A stretch of 56,644 nt of DNA from an uncultured delta proteobacterium (GTDB taxonomy: Bacteria > Desulfobacterota > Desulfobacteria > Desulfobacterales > QNYZ01), in contig CAWJQU010000018.1 of assembly GCA_963845145.1 (NCBI GenBank), forward strand, positions 1 through 56,644, written 5' to 3'. The position numbers were made by a program, and so were the translations under genes. Each line of letters starts with the position of its first letter. Positions within the stretch are counted from its first letter, which is position 1. Below the pieces are notes generated by a model. That model searched no databases. It was not told the DNA's origin and was given only the letters and a program-made list of their open reading frames with translations. This document shows positions 29,909-39,567 of this stretch, in pieces.

Positions 29909-31945
29909 TTATTTTCCCGTAAATGTTGGGCGTTTGCGGCCTGCCGTGGAGAGTCCTTCGTATGCATCGGCGGTCGCGAAGATCTCAGGCAATCGCCCAA
30001 GTTCCACCTCTACCGCATCAGCCATGGGCAGGCCAACCTGGGCGTCGATGATCTCTGCCGCAATCTTCAACGCGATGGGTGCCTTGAATCCCACAATTTT
30101 GGCTGTTTTCGCAGCGATCTCCGCTGAGATATTTTCGGGGGTTTTCCCGGATAAAAGTAGCGTAGCATTTTCCGGGTTACCCAATTTGACAAACGCATCA
30201 AATTTCTCAGGAATGGTTCGCACAGCATATTTATCCAGCGTTACTTTTGCCAGATCCTTCAGGGTGGATTCGACCTCTCCTGGCTCGACTAGGCGGGTCA
30301 CGATTCCCATTGCCTGGGCATCGGCGGCACCAATCGGCATGCCGGTAAAGGTGTAATATTTGGCCAACTCGGGTCCTACATGGCGGGTCATACGGAGCAT
30401 CCCCCCAAGTCCGGGAAAGATGCCGATACCGGTTTCCGGAAAGGCCATGGATCCCGCGGGTGTGGCCACGATGGCCTGGCATGCCAGGGCCAACTCGCTA
30501 CCGCCACCGAGGGAGAGGCCATCCAAGAGGGCGATGGTATTTTTCGATGAATTTTCAATTCTAAGAAGCAGTTCATGCCCTTTGCGGGTGAAGGCAACGA
30601 TGTCATCGATCTTATCGGCTTTGATATTTTTTACGAAGTAACGGATATCGGCACCTGCCACAAATGCCTTACCGGCGCCTTGGATAACAATGGCATCCAC
30701 ATCGGCATTGTTTTCAGCTTGGGTAAACCGATCTTCAAGCTGGCCGACAACGGCCTCATTGAGTGCATTCATGGCCTCGGGGCGATTCAAGGTAATATAG
30801 GCAAGATTTCCTTTGATATCCAAGTCTACGAAGTTGAACTCAAAGGGCTTACCAGCCGCTTTTTGGGTCTCAAGGATTTTAGGCATATTAAAATCCGCAT
30901 ATCGGTCGGCGATGGCCGCGACGACCTCATGGGTTTTGTCGATACCCAGTCGGTTCATCAACTCAAAGGGGCCCATGGCCCAGCGTAGCCCGATTTTGGC
31001 CCCGCGATCTGTGTCTTCTATGGTGGCGACGTCTTCATCAACCAGGGCTGCGGCCACACCGAGGCAAACCCCGTTAAAGCGATCCATCACCGGCTGAAGT
31101 TTCGAGTCGTCCACATCACCACTTAAGTTCCAGTTCTCTCCGGCCTCTTTTTGATCAACGAGCGCTTGGGCCGGGGCGTAAAACGGCCCCAGCTCATTTC
31201 CGAGGGTGGTGGCGGCATGTACGGCGATAGGGATCCCGGTAACGTTCATCAGCTCGAATGGTCCCATACCGATTCGGAAGGCCTGTTTGGCGGCGGCTTC
31301 GATGGTCGGGATATCCGCCACTTTCTCTTCCAGCATGCGGGCGGCTTCATTTAAAAAAGGAACGAAAAATCGATTGACGGCAAAACCGGGGGCATCTTTG
31401 ACCAGAATGGATGTTTTCCCGTGAAGTTTGGCGGCCAGAAGCGATTTTTCGATAGTATCGGTGCTGGTTTTTTCCCATGGAATGACTTCCAAGAGTCGGT
31501 TTTTGGCTGGATGAAAAAAGTAGTGCAGGCCGATGAACCGGTCCGGTCGGTTGGTTTTTTCGGCAAATTCCCGAACATAAAAAGAGGAGGTATTCGTGGC
31601 CAGAATGGTATTTTTACCACAAATGTTATCCAGTTTTTCAAACAGGTCGGCTTTGACATTTTTGTCTTCAAAGACAGCTTCGATCACCAGATCCGCATCG
31701 GCCACGGCATTCATATCACTGGTTCCCTGGATGCGGGACATTGTCTCTTCCACTTGTTTTTCACTGAAAATTTTGCGTTCAACACCTTCGGCCAGTAACC
31801 CTTTGATTGTGTTCAGGCCCCGCTCAACAAACTCATCTTTGATGTCGACCATGACGACATCAATGCCTTCTTGGGCGATTTTTTGAACAATGCCGCTGCC
31901 CATGTTACCGGCACCGATGACGCCGATTTTGTTAATTTCCGACAT
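29909..31945 (-). CDS. 3-hydroxyacyl-CoA dehydrogenase / enoyl-CoA hydratase fusion (HAD N-terminal)
   Basis: GAGNMGSG, EAVFED, TNTSS, GLHYF, PGFAVNR, then LNRPEAMNAL, FVAGADI, GGGSELA. Confidence 0.93.
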   Translation of the reverse strand: MSEINKIGVIGAGNMGSGIVQKIAQEGIDVVMVDIKDEFVERGLNTIKGLLAEGVERKIFSEKQVEETMSRIQGTSDMNAVADADLVIEAVFEDKNVKADLFEKLDNICGKNTILATNTSSFYVREFAEKTNRPDRFIGLHYFFHPAKNRLLEVIPWEKTSTDTIEKSLLAAKLHGKTSILVKDAPGFAVNRFFVPFLNEAARMLEEKVADIPTIEAAAKQAFRIGMGPFELMNVTGIPIAVHAATTLGNELGPFYAPAQALVDQKEAGENWNLSGDVDDSKLQPVMDRFNGVCLGVAAALVDEDVATIEDTDRGAKIGLRWAMGPFELMNRLGIDKTHEVVAAIADRYADFNMPKILETQKAAGKPFEFNFVDLDIKGNLAYITLNRPEAMNALNEAVVGQLEDRFTQAENNADVDAIVIQGAGKAFVAGADIRYFVKNIKADKIDDIVAFTRKGHELLLRIENSSKNTIALLDGLSLGGGSELALACQAIVATPAGSMAFPETGIGIFPGLGGMLRMTRHVGPELAKYYTFTGMPIGAADAQAMGIVTRLVEPGEVESTLKDLAKVTLDKYAVRTIPEKFDAFVKLGNPENATLLLSGKTPENISAEIAAKTAKIVGFKAPIALKIAAEIIDAQVGLPMADAVEVELGRLPEIFATADAYEGLSTAGRKRPTFTGK

Positions 31946-32022
31946 AGAATATCCTCCTCGACACAGTTATCGGGATAATAATTGGGTGATGAATATCATG
32001 CGTTCATTTGCTATGGGATCAT

Positions 32023-32793
32023 TTACCGGTTTTTCCATTCCGGTTTGCGTTTTTCATAAAAACTGGCAATACCTTCCAGTGTATCCTCGGTTTTCATTAG
32101 CTGGTTGAGAAATTGATCATTGGCCTCGCCCAGGGCCTTATCTAAAGGCATTCCCAAGTTACTCAAGACGGCTTGTTTATTAAGACGCAGGATTAAGGGG
32201 CTGCTGGCGGTGATGTTTTTGATCGTTTTTTCCACCTCATCCGTAAAACTGTCTTTAGGAACCACCCGACCAATAAATCCCATTGCCAGAGCTTCTGCCG
32301 CTGAGTAGATGCGTCCGGTGGTGCATACTTCGATGGTTTTGGCCTGCCCGATCAATTGGGGCAAACGGACGGCTGCATATGGTGGAAAAAATCCAAGCCG
32401 GACTTCGGGCTGACCGAAAGATGCTGCTTCGGAAGCAATAACGATATCACAGGCAATCGCATACTCCATGCCGCCACCCAGACAGGCACCTTGAACAGCT
32501 GCAATGGTCGGTATTTTGAAGGCATGCAGGTATTTAAAGCTTTCATCAAAGGTTGAGATCATATCTTCAACCATTTCAGGTTTATGATCACCTACGTCAA
32601 CCCCGGCGCACCAGCTCTTCCCCTCGCCACAAAGTACCACACATTTTAAATCACCCTCGGTTACCAGGTCTTTTAGCACGCTGTTGAACGACCGCATCAT
32701 GTCAATATTAAACACATTATGTTTGGGTCGGTCAAAAGTGATACGGGCAACACCGTCGGCTTTTGCCAATTGGATATATTTTGAGTCCGTCAT
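32023..32793 (-). CDS. Crotonase-family hydratase, dienoyl-CoA hydratase (Dch)-like
   Basis: CAGVDVGDH, CLGGGME, FGQPEVRLGFFPP, EKRKP. Subfamily assignment is from recalled motif similarity. Confidence 0.85.
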   Translation of the reverse strand: MTDSKYIQLAKADGVARITFDRPKHNVFNIDMMRSFNSVLKDLVTEGDLKCVVLCGEGKSWCAGVDVGDHKPEMVEDMISTFDESFKYLHAFKIPTIAAVQGACLGGGMEYAIACDIVIASEAASFGQPEVRLGFFPPYAAVRLPQLIGQAKTIEVCTTGRIYSAAEALAMGFIGRVVPKDSFTDEVEKTIKNITASSPLILRLNKQAVLSNLGMPLDKALGEANDQFLNQLMKTEDTLEGIASFYEKRKPEWKNR

Positions 32794-32807
32794 GGTAGAT
32801 ACCTCTC

Positions 32808-33242
32808 TTATCCCTTATCAAAAACAAAATTGAGTTGGTCGTTGGGAAGTTGATTGGCAACTGTTTTCAACGGCATGCCGATCTGAACATCTTCATCGGC
32901 CAGGCTGCTTGCCAGTCGCCCGAAAACCTTAAATTCACCATAGTCGATGACCGCAATGGAGTAGGGGACATCGTCCTGGAAGCCCACTGGCGCAAAGGCC
33001 AGCTTGCTATAGGTGAGGAGTTTGCCGGTCCCTGTAATCTCAAACCACTCCATGTCACTGCTTAAACAGGCGTGACAATCCGCACGGGGGGGGAAATATT
33101 TTTGGCTGCATTGTTTACAGCTGGATCCCATTACTTTATCGTTTTTCAAATGGTCGATGAAATCATTGACTTTGGTGGTTGCCGTAAAGCTGACTGTCCC
33201 GAAATTTTTAAATCGGTCGTCAATCTCTTTTTTCTTGCCCAT
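32808..33242 (-). CDS. DUF35 Zn-ribbon/OB-fold protein (thiolase partner)
   Basis: CKQC...YFPPRADCHAC; GKLLTYS; VPYSIA. Confidence 0.92.
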   Translation of the reverse strand: MGKKKEIDDRFKNFGTVSFTATTKVNDFIDHLKNDKVMGSSCKQCSQKYFPPRADCHACLSSDMEWFEITGTGKLLTYSKLAFAPVGFQDDVPYSIAVIDYGEFKVFGRLASSLADEDVQIGMPLKTVANQLPNDQLNFVFDKG

Positions 33243-34411
33243 TATTCCCTCCCCAGAATGCTGACATTACCGTAGAGGCCAACGCCTCCAATATTATGGA
33301 TCAGGCCGATTTTGGGATTATTTACCTGAATCTCTCCGGCCTCATCCCGAAGTTGCAGGACGATGGTTCGAATTTGGGACCCGCCGGTGGCACCGATGGG
33401 GTGACCCTTGGAAAGCAGGCCGCCGTCTACGTTGACGGGAATACGACCCTCTTTGTAGGTTTCCTTGTTCCGAATCAACTCCGGTCCTTTCCCGGGCTCT
33501 GCGAAACCAAGATTTTCGTAAGCCATCATTTCGGCAATGGTAAAGCAGTCATGTACTTCGGCCACATCGACATCGGCCGCAGTAATGCCGGCCATTTGGT
33601 AGGCCTGATCCGCAGCCAGTTTGGCCGCATCCAATCCGCTGAAGTGCTCGCGCCCGACCATATTGACCGGCGCAGATGCCGCCCCGACACCAAGGATCCA
33701 GATCGGTTTTTGGCTGAATTGTTTCGCTTTTTCCTCGGAAGCAACGATTAAACAGGAACTTCCATCCGCGTTGGCGCAACAATCTCCGACCCGCAAGGGG
33801 CTGGATACCGAATTGGACATCATACTGTCCGGATCGGTAAACATGTCGGCCGTTACGGCTTTGCGGTAAACCGCCCGGTCATTGATTTGCCCGTAAGTGG
33901 AGGCTTTGACGCGAATCAGGGCGAGGTCTTCGGGTGTGGTGCCATAGCGATCCATGTGGGCCTGGGCATGCATGGCATAGTAGGCCGGCATCATGGTCCC
34001 GAAAGGGCTTTCCCATTGAATATCGGCGCCGCGGCCCATGCGCTCCTGAGACTCGGATGATGAAATTTCCGACATCTTCTGAAACCCGAGCACGGCGACA
34101 ACATCGTGCAGTCCCGATTTAACCAGAGAATAGGCCAGCCGAAGCCCCATACTGGATGATGAACAAAGACTTTCCGCGTAAAACGTCGGCTGCGGATTGA
34201 GGCCCAGGTATTCAGCAAATACACCGGCCGGAGAACGCTGCTTGTCATACTCGGGTGCCGAGCAGACAACTGACGCGTTGATGTCCTTGCCGGTAATACC
34301 GGCATCAGTGACAGCTTCCTTGAACCCCTCGAATACCAATTCCCGGATTGCGCCGGGATAACTGCGGACAAATTGACTTTGTCCAACGCCGATAATGGCG
34401 ACTCTTCCCAT
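33242..34411 (-). CDS. SCP2-type thiolase
   Basis: ESLCSSS, AEVHDCF, GHPIGATG, HNIGG. Confidence 0.92.
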   Translation of the reverse strand: MGRVAIIGVGQSQFVRSYPGAIRELVFEGFKEAVTDAGITGKDINASVVCSAPEYDKQRSPAGVFAEYLGLNPQPTFYAESLCSSSSMGLRLAYSLVKSGLHDVVAVLGFQKMSEISSSESQERMGRGADIQWESPFGTMMPAYYAMHAQAHMDRYGTTPEDLALIRVKASTYGQINDRAVYRKAVTADMFTDPDSMMSNSVSSPLRVGDCCANADGSSCLIVASEEKAKQFSQKPIWILGVGAASAPVNMVGREHFSGLDAAKLAADQAYQMAGITAADVDVAEVHDCFTIAEMMAYENLGFAEPGKGPELIRNKETYKEGRIPVNVDGGLLSKGHPIGATGGSQIRTIVLQLRDEAGEIQVNNPKIGLIHNIGGVGLYGNVSILGRE

Positions 34412-34541
34412 GATTCCTCCCGGTAATACGATTACGGTTATTATGTGAAATGGCGCAAAGTTAAACTAAAAACGAATTTTTTTATCGATTTAATACGGTA
34501 GCGGTTATTAATTTATAAAATATTAAAGGCTTACCGTAAAT

Positions 34542-35291
34542 TTAGATATATTGTCCACCATCAACCTTGATGATTTCGCCGGTAATGTGGCGCGCTTTAT
34601 CGGAGGCCAGGAAGCTGACCAGGTTGGCCAGATCTTCCGGCTGGCCAACGCGTTTCATGACGATTTCCGCCATGGCCAGATCAATGATCTTGTCCCGGGC
34701 TTCCGATTCTTTTAGCATGCCCGTTTCAATGAGCCCCGGGGCAGCGGCATTGACATTGACGCCAAATGCACCCAGTTCTTTGGCGACGGCTTTGGTGTAA
34801 CCGATGATACCGGCCTTTGAGGCCGAATAATTGGTTTGACCGAATTTTCCCCGTAAGCCGTTGATGGAGGTAATATTGATGATTTTCCCGTATTTTTGTT
34901 CTTTAAGCAGGGGGGCCACGTGCCGGGTGAAATTAAAATAGCCTTTTAAGTTAACCGACAGCACCCGATCCCACTGTTCTTCGCTCATTTTCCAACAAAC
35001 ACCATCCCAGTTCATACCGGCGTTGTTTACCAAAATATCGATACGGCCGAATGCATCCAGGGCCTGGCTGACCACATTCTCTGCTTCGGAGAAGGATGAA
35101 ATATCGCATTTAACGGCCAGCGCCTTACGGCCCATGTCGCGAATCTTCTGGGCGTAGGCTTCCCCTTCATCGGCGTGTTTGCGATAGGTGAGGCATACGT
35201 TGGCACCTTCCGCGGCAAGATCTAGAGCAATGGCCGCCCCAATTCCCTGGGAGCCACCGGAAACAATCGCATTTTTACCTTCCAATAACAT
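34542..35291 (-). CDS. SDR 3-oxoacyl-(ACP/CoA) reductase (FabG-like)
   Basis: SGGSQGIG, NNAG, YSASK, VDGG. Confidence 0.92.
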   Translation of the reverse strand: MLLEGKNAIVSGGSQGIGAAIALDLAAEGANVCLTYRKHADEGEAYAQKIRDMGRKALAVKCDISSFSEAENVVSQALDAFGRIDILVNNAGMNWDGVCWKMSEEQWDRVLSVNLKGYFNFTRHVAPLLKEQKYGKIINITSINGLRGKFGQTNYSASKAGIIGYTKAVAKELGAFGVNVNAAAPGLIETGMLKESEARDKIIDLAMAEIVMKRVGQPEDLANLVSFLASDKARHITGEIIKVDGGQYI

Positions 35292-35351
35292 CGAATACTC
35301 CTATTTTGTTGGGTTCAATGGCAAAGAATTATTTAGGTGAAGTTACAACAA

Positions 35352-35384
35352 AGCTATATTACAGCTACGCCTAAAAGGAGTCAA
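35352..35384 (-). promoter_or_regulatory. sigma70 promoter of the SDR-thiolase operon with the same operator-like motif
   Basis: Minus strand TTGACT-17 nt-TAATAT; TAGCTGTAATATAGCT overlaps the -10. Confidence 0.7.
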
Positions 35385-35490
35385 GCGAAAAATAGGCGTA
35401 TAAAAGGCTTCGCCGCTGCCTATCTTAAGGTTAAAATGGGTTTGCCCATGCGGTAACGTTTATACGAGATCGTAATCCAGGCTTTTTCTT

Positions 35491-36924
35491 TCAGGCATCG
35501 GGGAGGGCGGCCAGAATGTCCTCAATAAACGTTTCCAGATTCCACGCAGAGCGGTCATTGCTCAACCCAAGTCTCACGGAAACCAGTTTTTTTGATGGAA
35601 TAACGCAGACCGATTGTTCCTGAAATCCTTTGGCACAATAGGTATCCGGGGGTAGGCGGGGCCACCTGCGGTCAGCAGGATCGGATGCGGTGCCGGCGTT
35701 TAACCAGAAAAGCGCGCCATATCTACCTTGTGGCGCCCCCGGTGTTGGTGTCGTGGTATATTTTACCCACCCCTCGGGTAAAAGTCTTTGTCCCTTCCAG
35801 GCACCGTCTTGAAGATAGAAATGCCCAAACCGAGCCCAATCCCGAGGTGTGGCAAAGGTATAGGAAGAGCCCACAAAGGTCCCGGATGGGTCCGGCTCCA
35901 TGACGGCACTGGCCATGCCAATTTTTTCAAATAATTCCTGCCGCAGGAAAGTGTAGTAGTTGGCGTATTCTTTTTCCGCTGTCTGCCGAACGATTCTGGC
36001 AATAATATTAGCGGTACCACTGGAGTAGTACCATTCGCTGTCCAGTTTCGTTTCAAGGGGCTGGTCGGCGGCAAATGCGGCAAAATCATAGCGATTGTAT
36101 AACATGTCGGTCACCAGGTAAAAGGGGGCATAAGTCTCCTCAAATTTGAGACCACTGCTCATGCGCATCAGCATATCTAAAGTAATCTTAGCCCTTGGGT
36201 CACCGGATTGACGCCATTCGGGGACGGGTGCTTCTTGGGCGATATCTAATTTCCCCTGGGCAACAAGAACACCCACCAGGGCATTGGTGACGCTTTTGCT
36301 CATTGACCATCCCAGAAGGGGCATGTGCCGATCAAAGCCCGGTGCGTAGCGTTCGGCGATGAGTTGGCCGTCATAGGCCACGAGTACCGCCCGTGTATTG
36401 CGTTTCTTTTCAAGCCCAGGCTCTTCGAAAGCACGACCCATTGCCAGTTTTAACTGGTCGGCATTGACCCCGGGGGGCAGCGGTTCCAGGGACTCGTTAT
36501 CGCCATGGGGCCAGGGCAGATTTTGAGGGAGGGGCGTAAATGATGTTTCTGGACTGATGTTCATAAACGTCTGGTCTATCAGGGCCTCATCGGTAACCCC
36601 AGCCACCAAGGTACAACCACACCCTTCGCGGTATATGGCTTTGGATTTGAAAATCCCCAATGATCTGGCCTCAGCGCTCTTTATTCCGTTTTCAACGGTT
36701 GTATGGGCCTTGATGATTTTATACAAAAAATGGACGGGTGCGATATCTTCGCGAAACACGGTTTCCGGATCGCGGTGGGATATATAAACACTGGAACAAA
36801 GATATTTTGCGGCATATCCGGTTCCGATGGGAATGGCTTTGCCAATATACCATCCCGCGCCAGCCAAAACCACCGTAACGACAATCAAAAAAATAAATAA
36901 TATAACCTTCAACCAGCGTTTCAT
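35491..36924 (-). CDS. Membrane-anchored serine hydrolase, class C beta-lactamase/NylB-like
   Basis: N-terminal TM, SxxK (WSMSKS), LMRMSSGL, WYYSS, DWARFG. Confidence 0.88.
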   Translation of the reverse strand: MKRWLKVILFIFLIVVTVVLAGAGWYIGKAIPIGTGYAAKYLCSSVYISHRDPETVFREDIAPVHFLYKIIKAHTTVENGIKSAEARSLGIFKSKAIYREGCGCTLVAGVTDEALIDQTFMNISPETSFTPLPQNLPWPHGDNESLEPLPPGVNADQLKLAMGRAFEEPGLEKKRNTRAVLVAYDGQLIAERYAPGFDRHMPLLGWSMSKSVTNALVGVLVAQGKLDIAQEAPVPEWRQSGDPRAKITLDMLMRMSSGLKFEETYAPFYLVTDMLYNRYDFAAFAADQPLETKLDSEWYYSSGTANIIARIVRQTAEKEYANYYTFLRQELFEKIGMASAVMEPDPSGTFVGSSYTFATPRDWARFGHFYLQDGAWKGQRLLPEGWVKYTTTPTPGAPQGRYGALFWLNAGTASDPADRRWPRLPPDTYCAKGFQEQSVCVIPSKKLVSVRLGLSNDRSAWNLETFIEDILAALPDA

Positions 36925-36975
36925 AGGGGTTCCTTATTTTCCAGCATAGAGAAAACGTCTAAAATCAGTAATAAT

Positions 36976-37899
36976 CTATTTTCGATTAAACATTAACATG
37001 CCGCCACCGATAAGCAACATACCCAGCAGATGAAATGTATGCAATGATTCACCCAGCCATAGAATGGACATCAGGGAGGCAAAAACAGGGGTAAGATTGA
37101 TAAACAAACCCCCTTTATTGGCGCCGATCGCCTCAATCCCACTGTTCCAGCAAAAATAGGCGATTATGGATGGAAACAGGGCAACGTAAAGAATGCTGGC
37201 TATAACATGCGGGGTAACCGGTACACCGCCTTGTCGAATCAATTCCCAGATGTAGGCGGGCAGTAGACCGATGGCACCGAGGCCGAACGAATAGGTCAGA
37301 AAACTTACCATATGAATGCTGGGGCGTTTGGGTAAAAGGGCAGAGTAAAAGGCATAACAGATGACGGCCAGGATCATGAGAATATCTCCCAGGGCCAAGG
37401 AGAAATCCAACAGACGTTCAAGTTGACCATGCAAAACCACCAGCGATGCACCTAAAACACATAGCGTCACGCCAACAATTTGGATGGATGAAACCCGCTC
37501 TTTGTAATAAAACAGCGATATCAAAATGATGAACGCCGGCATCGAGGTCTGGATAAGGGCTGCATTGATCGCTGTCGTGGTATGCACGGCAGCATATAGC
37601 AGTGTGTTAAAACAGCTGATGCCCAATATGGATAAGAGCAATAGATACTTCCACCCCTTTTTGGCCATGGGCCAATCTTTTTTTACCTGATTCAGAGAAA
37701 ACGGCAGCAGTATCAGAAACGCTGTTGTCCAGCGCCAGAAGGCGAATCCTATCGGCGGAATGATGTCTATCACGCCCCGCGCCAGAACGACATTTCCGGC
37801 CCAACATAAAGGGGCGATGGAGAGCATCAGGAATGGCATCCATCTTAAAGGACGATGGATACGGTTATTCGAAGGCTTGCTGTAAGAAAAAGGATACAT
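36976..37899 (-). CDS. DMT/EamA family transporter
   Basis: WAGNVV, AFWRW, about 10 hydrophobic segments, LGE near C-terminus. Confidence 0.92.
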   Translation of the reverse strand: MYPFSYSKPSNNRIHRPLRWMPFLMLSIAPLCWAGNVVLARGVIDIIPPIGFAFWRWTTAFLILLPFSLNQVKKDWPMAKKGWKYLLLLSILGISCFNTLLYAAVHTTTAINAALIQTSMPAFIILISLFYYKERVSSIQIVGVTLCVLGASLVVLHGQLERLLDFSLALGDILMILAVICYAFYSALLPKRPSIHMVSFLTYSFGLGAIGLLPAYIWELIRQGGVPVTPHVIASILYVALFPSIIAYFCWNSGIEAIGANKGGLFINLTPVFASLMSILWLGESLHTFHLLGMLLIGGGMLMFNRK

Positions 37900-38138
37900 T
37901 CCGCTTTCCGTATTGATTTATCCGTCCTACGTCAAGAAAGAAAACGGATGATACGTATCAAAGTGTGCCAGGCATGTAATAAGTAGTGCGTTTCATTGAC
38001 TTCTGATCGCGTTTTTGAAATAAAACGATACGTTAAATTAAAATTCGGGATGATATTTGATTCTTATACATTTTATGCCATTGCGTTCGATGCCTATTTT
38101 AGATCCACATTTTATCTGAATAATTACCGGGGAGAGAA

Positions 38139-39494
38139 ATGAAGAAAAGCCGAAGAGATTTTCTAAAGCTGATGGGGGCTGCATTGGGTGGGGTCACTTT
38201 ATCGTCCTGCGGGTCGTCCGATGGGCCCTCGGGCGGGGCCGGATTTTACGGCGCGCTTCCCAGTGGTTATCGCTATTACAGGGTTTTCAATATCGGCGAA
38301 CACCTGCCCAATAATGCGGTTTGTGATTCGTTGCCCGGATCGGCCATGATAAACGACCGAAACGAAATTTACTTTCACGCCGCTGAGACAAATGGGGAAA
38401 TCGGATGTTACGAACTGGTTATGGATTATAGCGGGGAACGGCCTACCATTACCTCGATGCGAACGGTTATTCATGACGGTGACCAACTGCCTGACGGCCA
38501 TCGGGTTAAACGAATCCGTCAAAGCGATATTAGCCGCCACGGCACCTTTGTAACGGTTGCCAGATTGGAGGGGACTTCCGGGCAGGGCGTTTACCTGGAA
38601 AAGCGGAAGGGATTTTTTTCCCGAGTTGTCGGTTTTTTGGATAAAATCCCTGGGAAAAATGGGATATTCAGCCAGGCATTTGGCGATGTGGATGTCCATG
38701 ATAATAATGATATTCTCCTGGCGGCACGATTTACTTATAACGAAACGAATCGTCCCCACCAGGGCCTTTTCTTTTTTCCGGGCGGGCAAAATGACAAGCA
38801 AGCCAGATTGGTAGCCTTTGATTCCGATTTGACGCCTGATGCCGATGGGATTATTCGGTCATTCGGGTTGGTTGATCTAAATGACGGTGGAAATTATGTG
38901 GTTCAGGCAAATGTGCAATATGCCGGATTGGGCACAAGTGAAACCAAACAGCCTGCTTCAGATTCTTTCGGGACAGCCCTTTTCATGGGGAATACGGCCG
39001 CCGACGCTCCCTCTACACTTCTGGCGCCAGCCAAGGCCATGGGCGTTTCCCCGGCGGCGAAGGCTAGTGGGCTGCTGAGTTCGGCGGGAGACGTTATTTA
39101 TGGTCCGCGAATCGGTTCTTTCCAAAATCCGGCCCATATCGTTCATCTCAGCGAAAACGATCTCGCCCTTTACTACAATGGCGTGTTGGTTTTACAAACC
39201 GGCGATTTGTCACCCAATGGATACCCGGTGTCTACTTTTGGTGCACCGGTGATAGGTGATGAGGGCTTGCTCTATTACACCATCGCCACCTCTGATGATG
39301 TAGAGCTATGTGCCTATAACGGCAACGATAATATCACAATCCTTTCTCGCGGTGACGCCATCGAAGATGGGAGTGTTGTGAACGATATTACATTCGGTAT
39401 GCAGACCGAGCATGTCGATATGCATGGCAAACTATGCTTCATTGCCGAGTTTGAGGACGCTTCAAGCGCTGTTGTTGTTGGAATTCCCGAGTAG
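38139..39494 (+). CDS. Tat-exported lipoprotein, probable 7-bladed beta-propeller
   Basis: SRRDFLK plus lipobox LSSC; seven repeats of the type INDRNEIYF / LNDGGNYVV / VDMHGKLCF. Confidence 0.8.
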   Translation: MKKSRRDFLKLMGAALGGVTLSSCGSSDGPSGGAGFYGALPSGYRYYRVFNIGEHLPNNAVCDSLPGSAMINDRNEIYFHAAETNGEIGCYELVMDYSGERPTITSMRTVIHDGDQLPDGHRVKRIRQSDISRHGTFVTVARLEGTSGQGVYLEKRKGFFSRVVGFLDKIPGKNGIFSQAFGDVDVHDNNDILLAARFTYNETNRPHQGLFFFPGGQNDKQARLVAFDSDLTPDADGIIRSFGLVDLNDGGNYVVQANVQYAGLGTSETKQPASDSFGTALFMGNTAADAPSTLLAPAKAMGVSPAAKASGLLSSAGDVIYGPRIGSFQNPAHIVHLSENDLALYYNGVLVLQTGDLSPNGYPVSTFGAPVIGDEGLLYYTIATSDDVELCAYNGNDNITILSRGDAIEDGSVVNDITFGMQTEHVDMHGKLCFIAEFEDASSAVVVGIPE

Positions 39495-39567
39495 CTTTTA
39501 TGGCCCAAACTGAAAGTGGGCTCAAAGTGGATGGTAGGTAAGGGATTCATAAAATAAGGAGGCTGAG

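Noticed and set aside
35491..36924. Antibiotic-resistance beta-lactamase
   Set aside because: SxxK is present, but the architecture is that of membrane-anchored esterase/amidase homologues; no evidence for beta-lactam activity.
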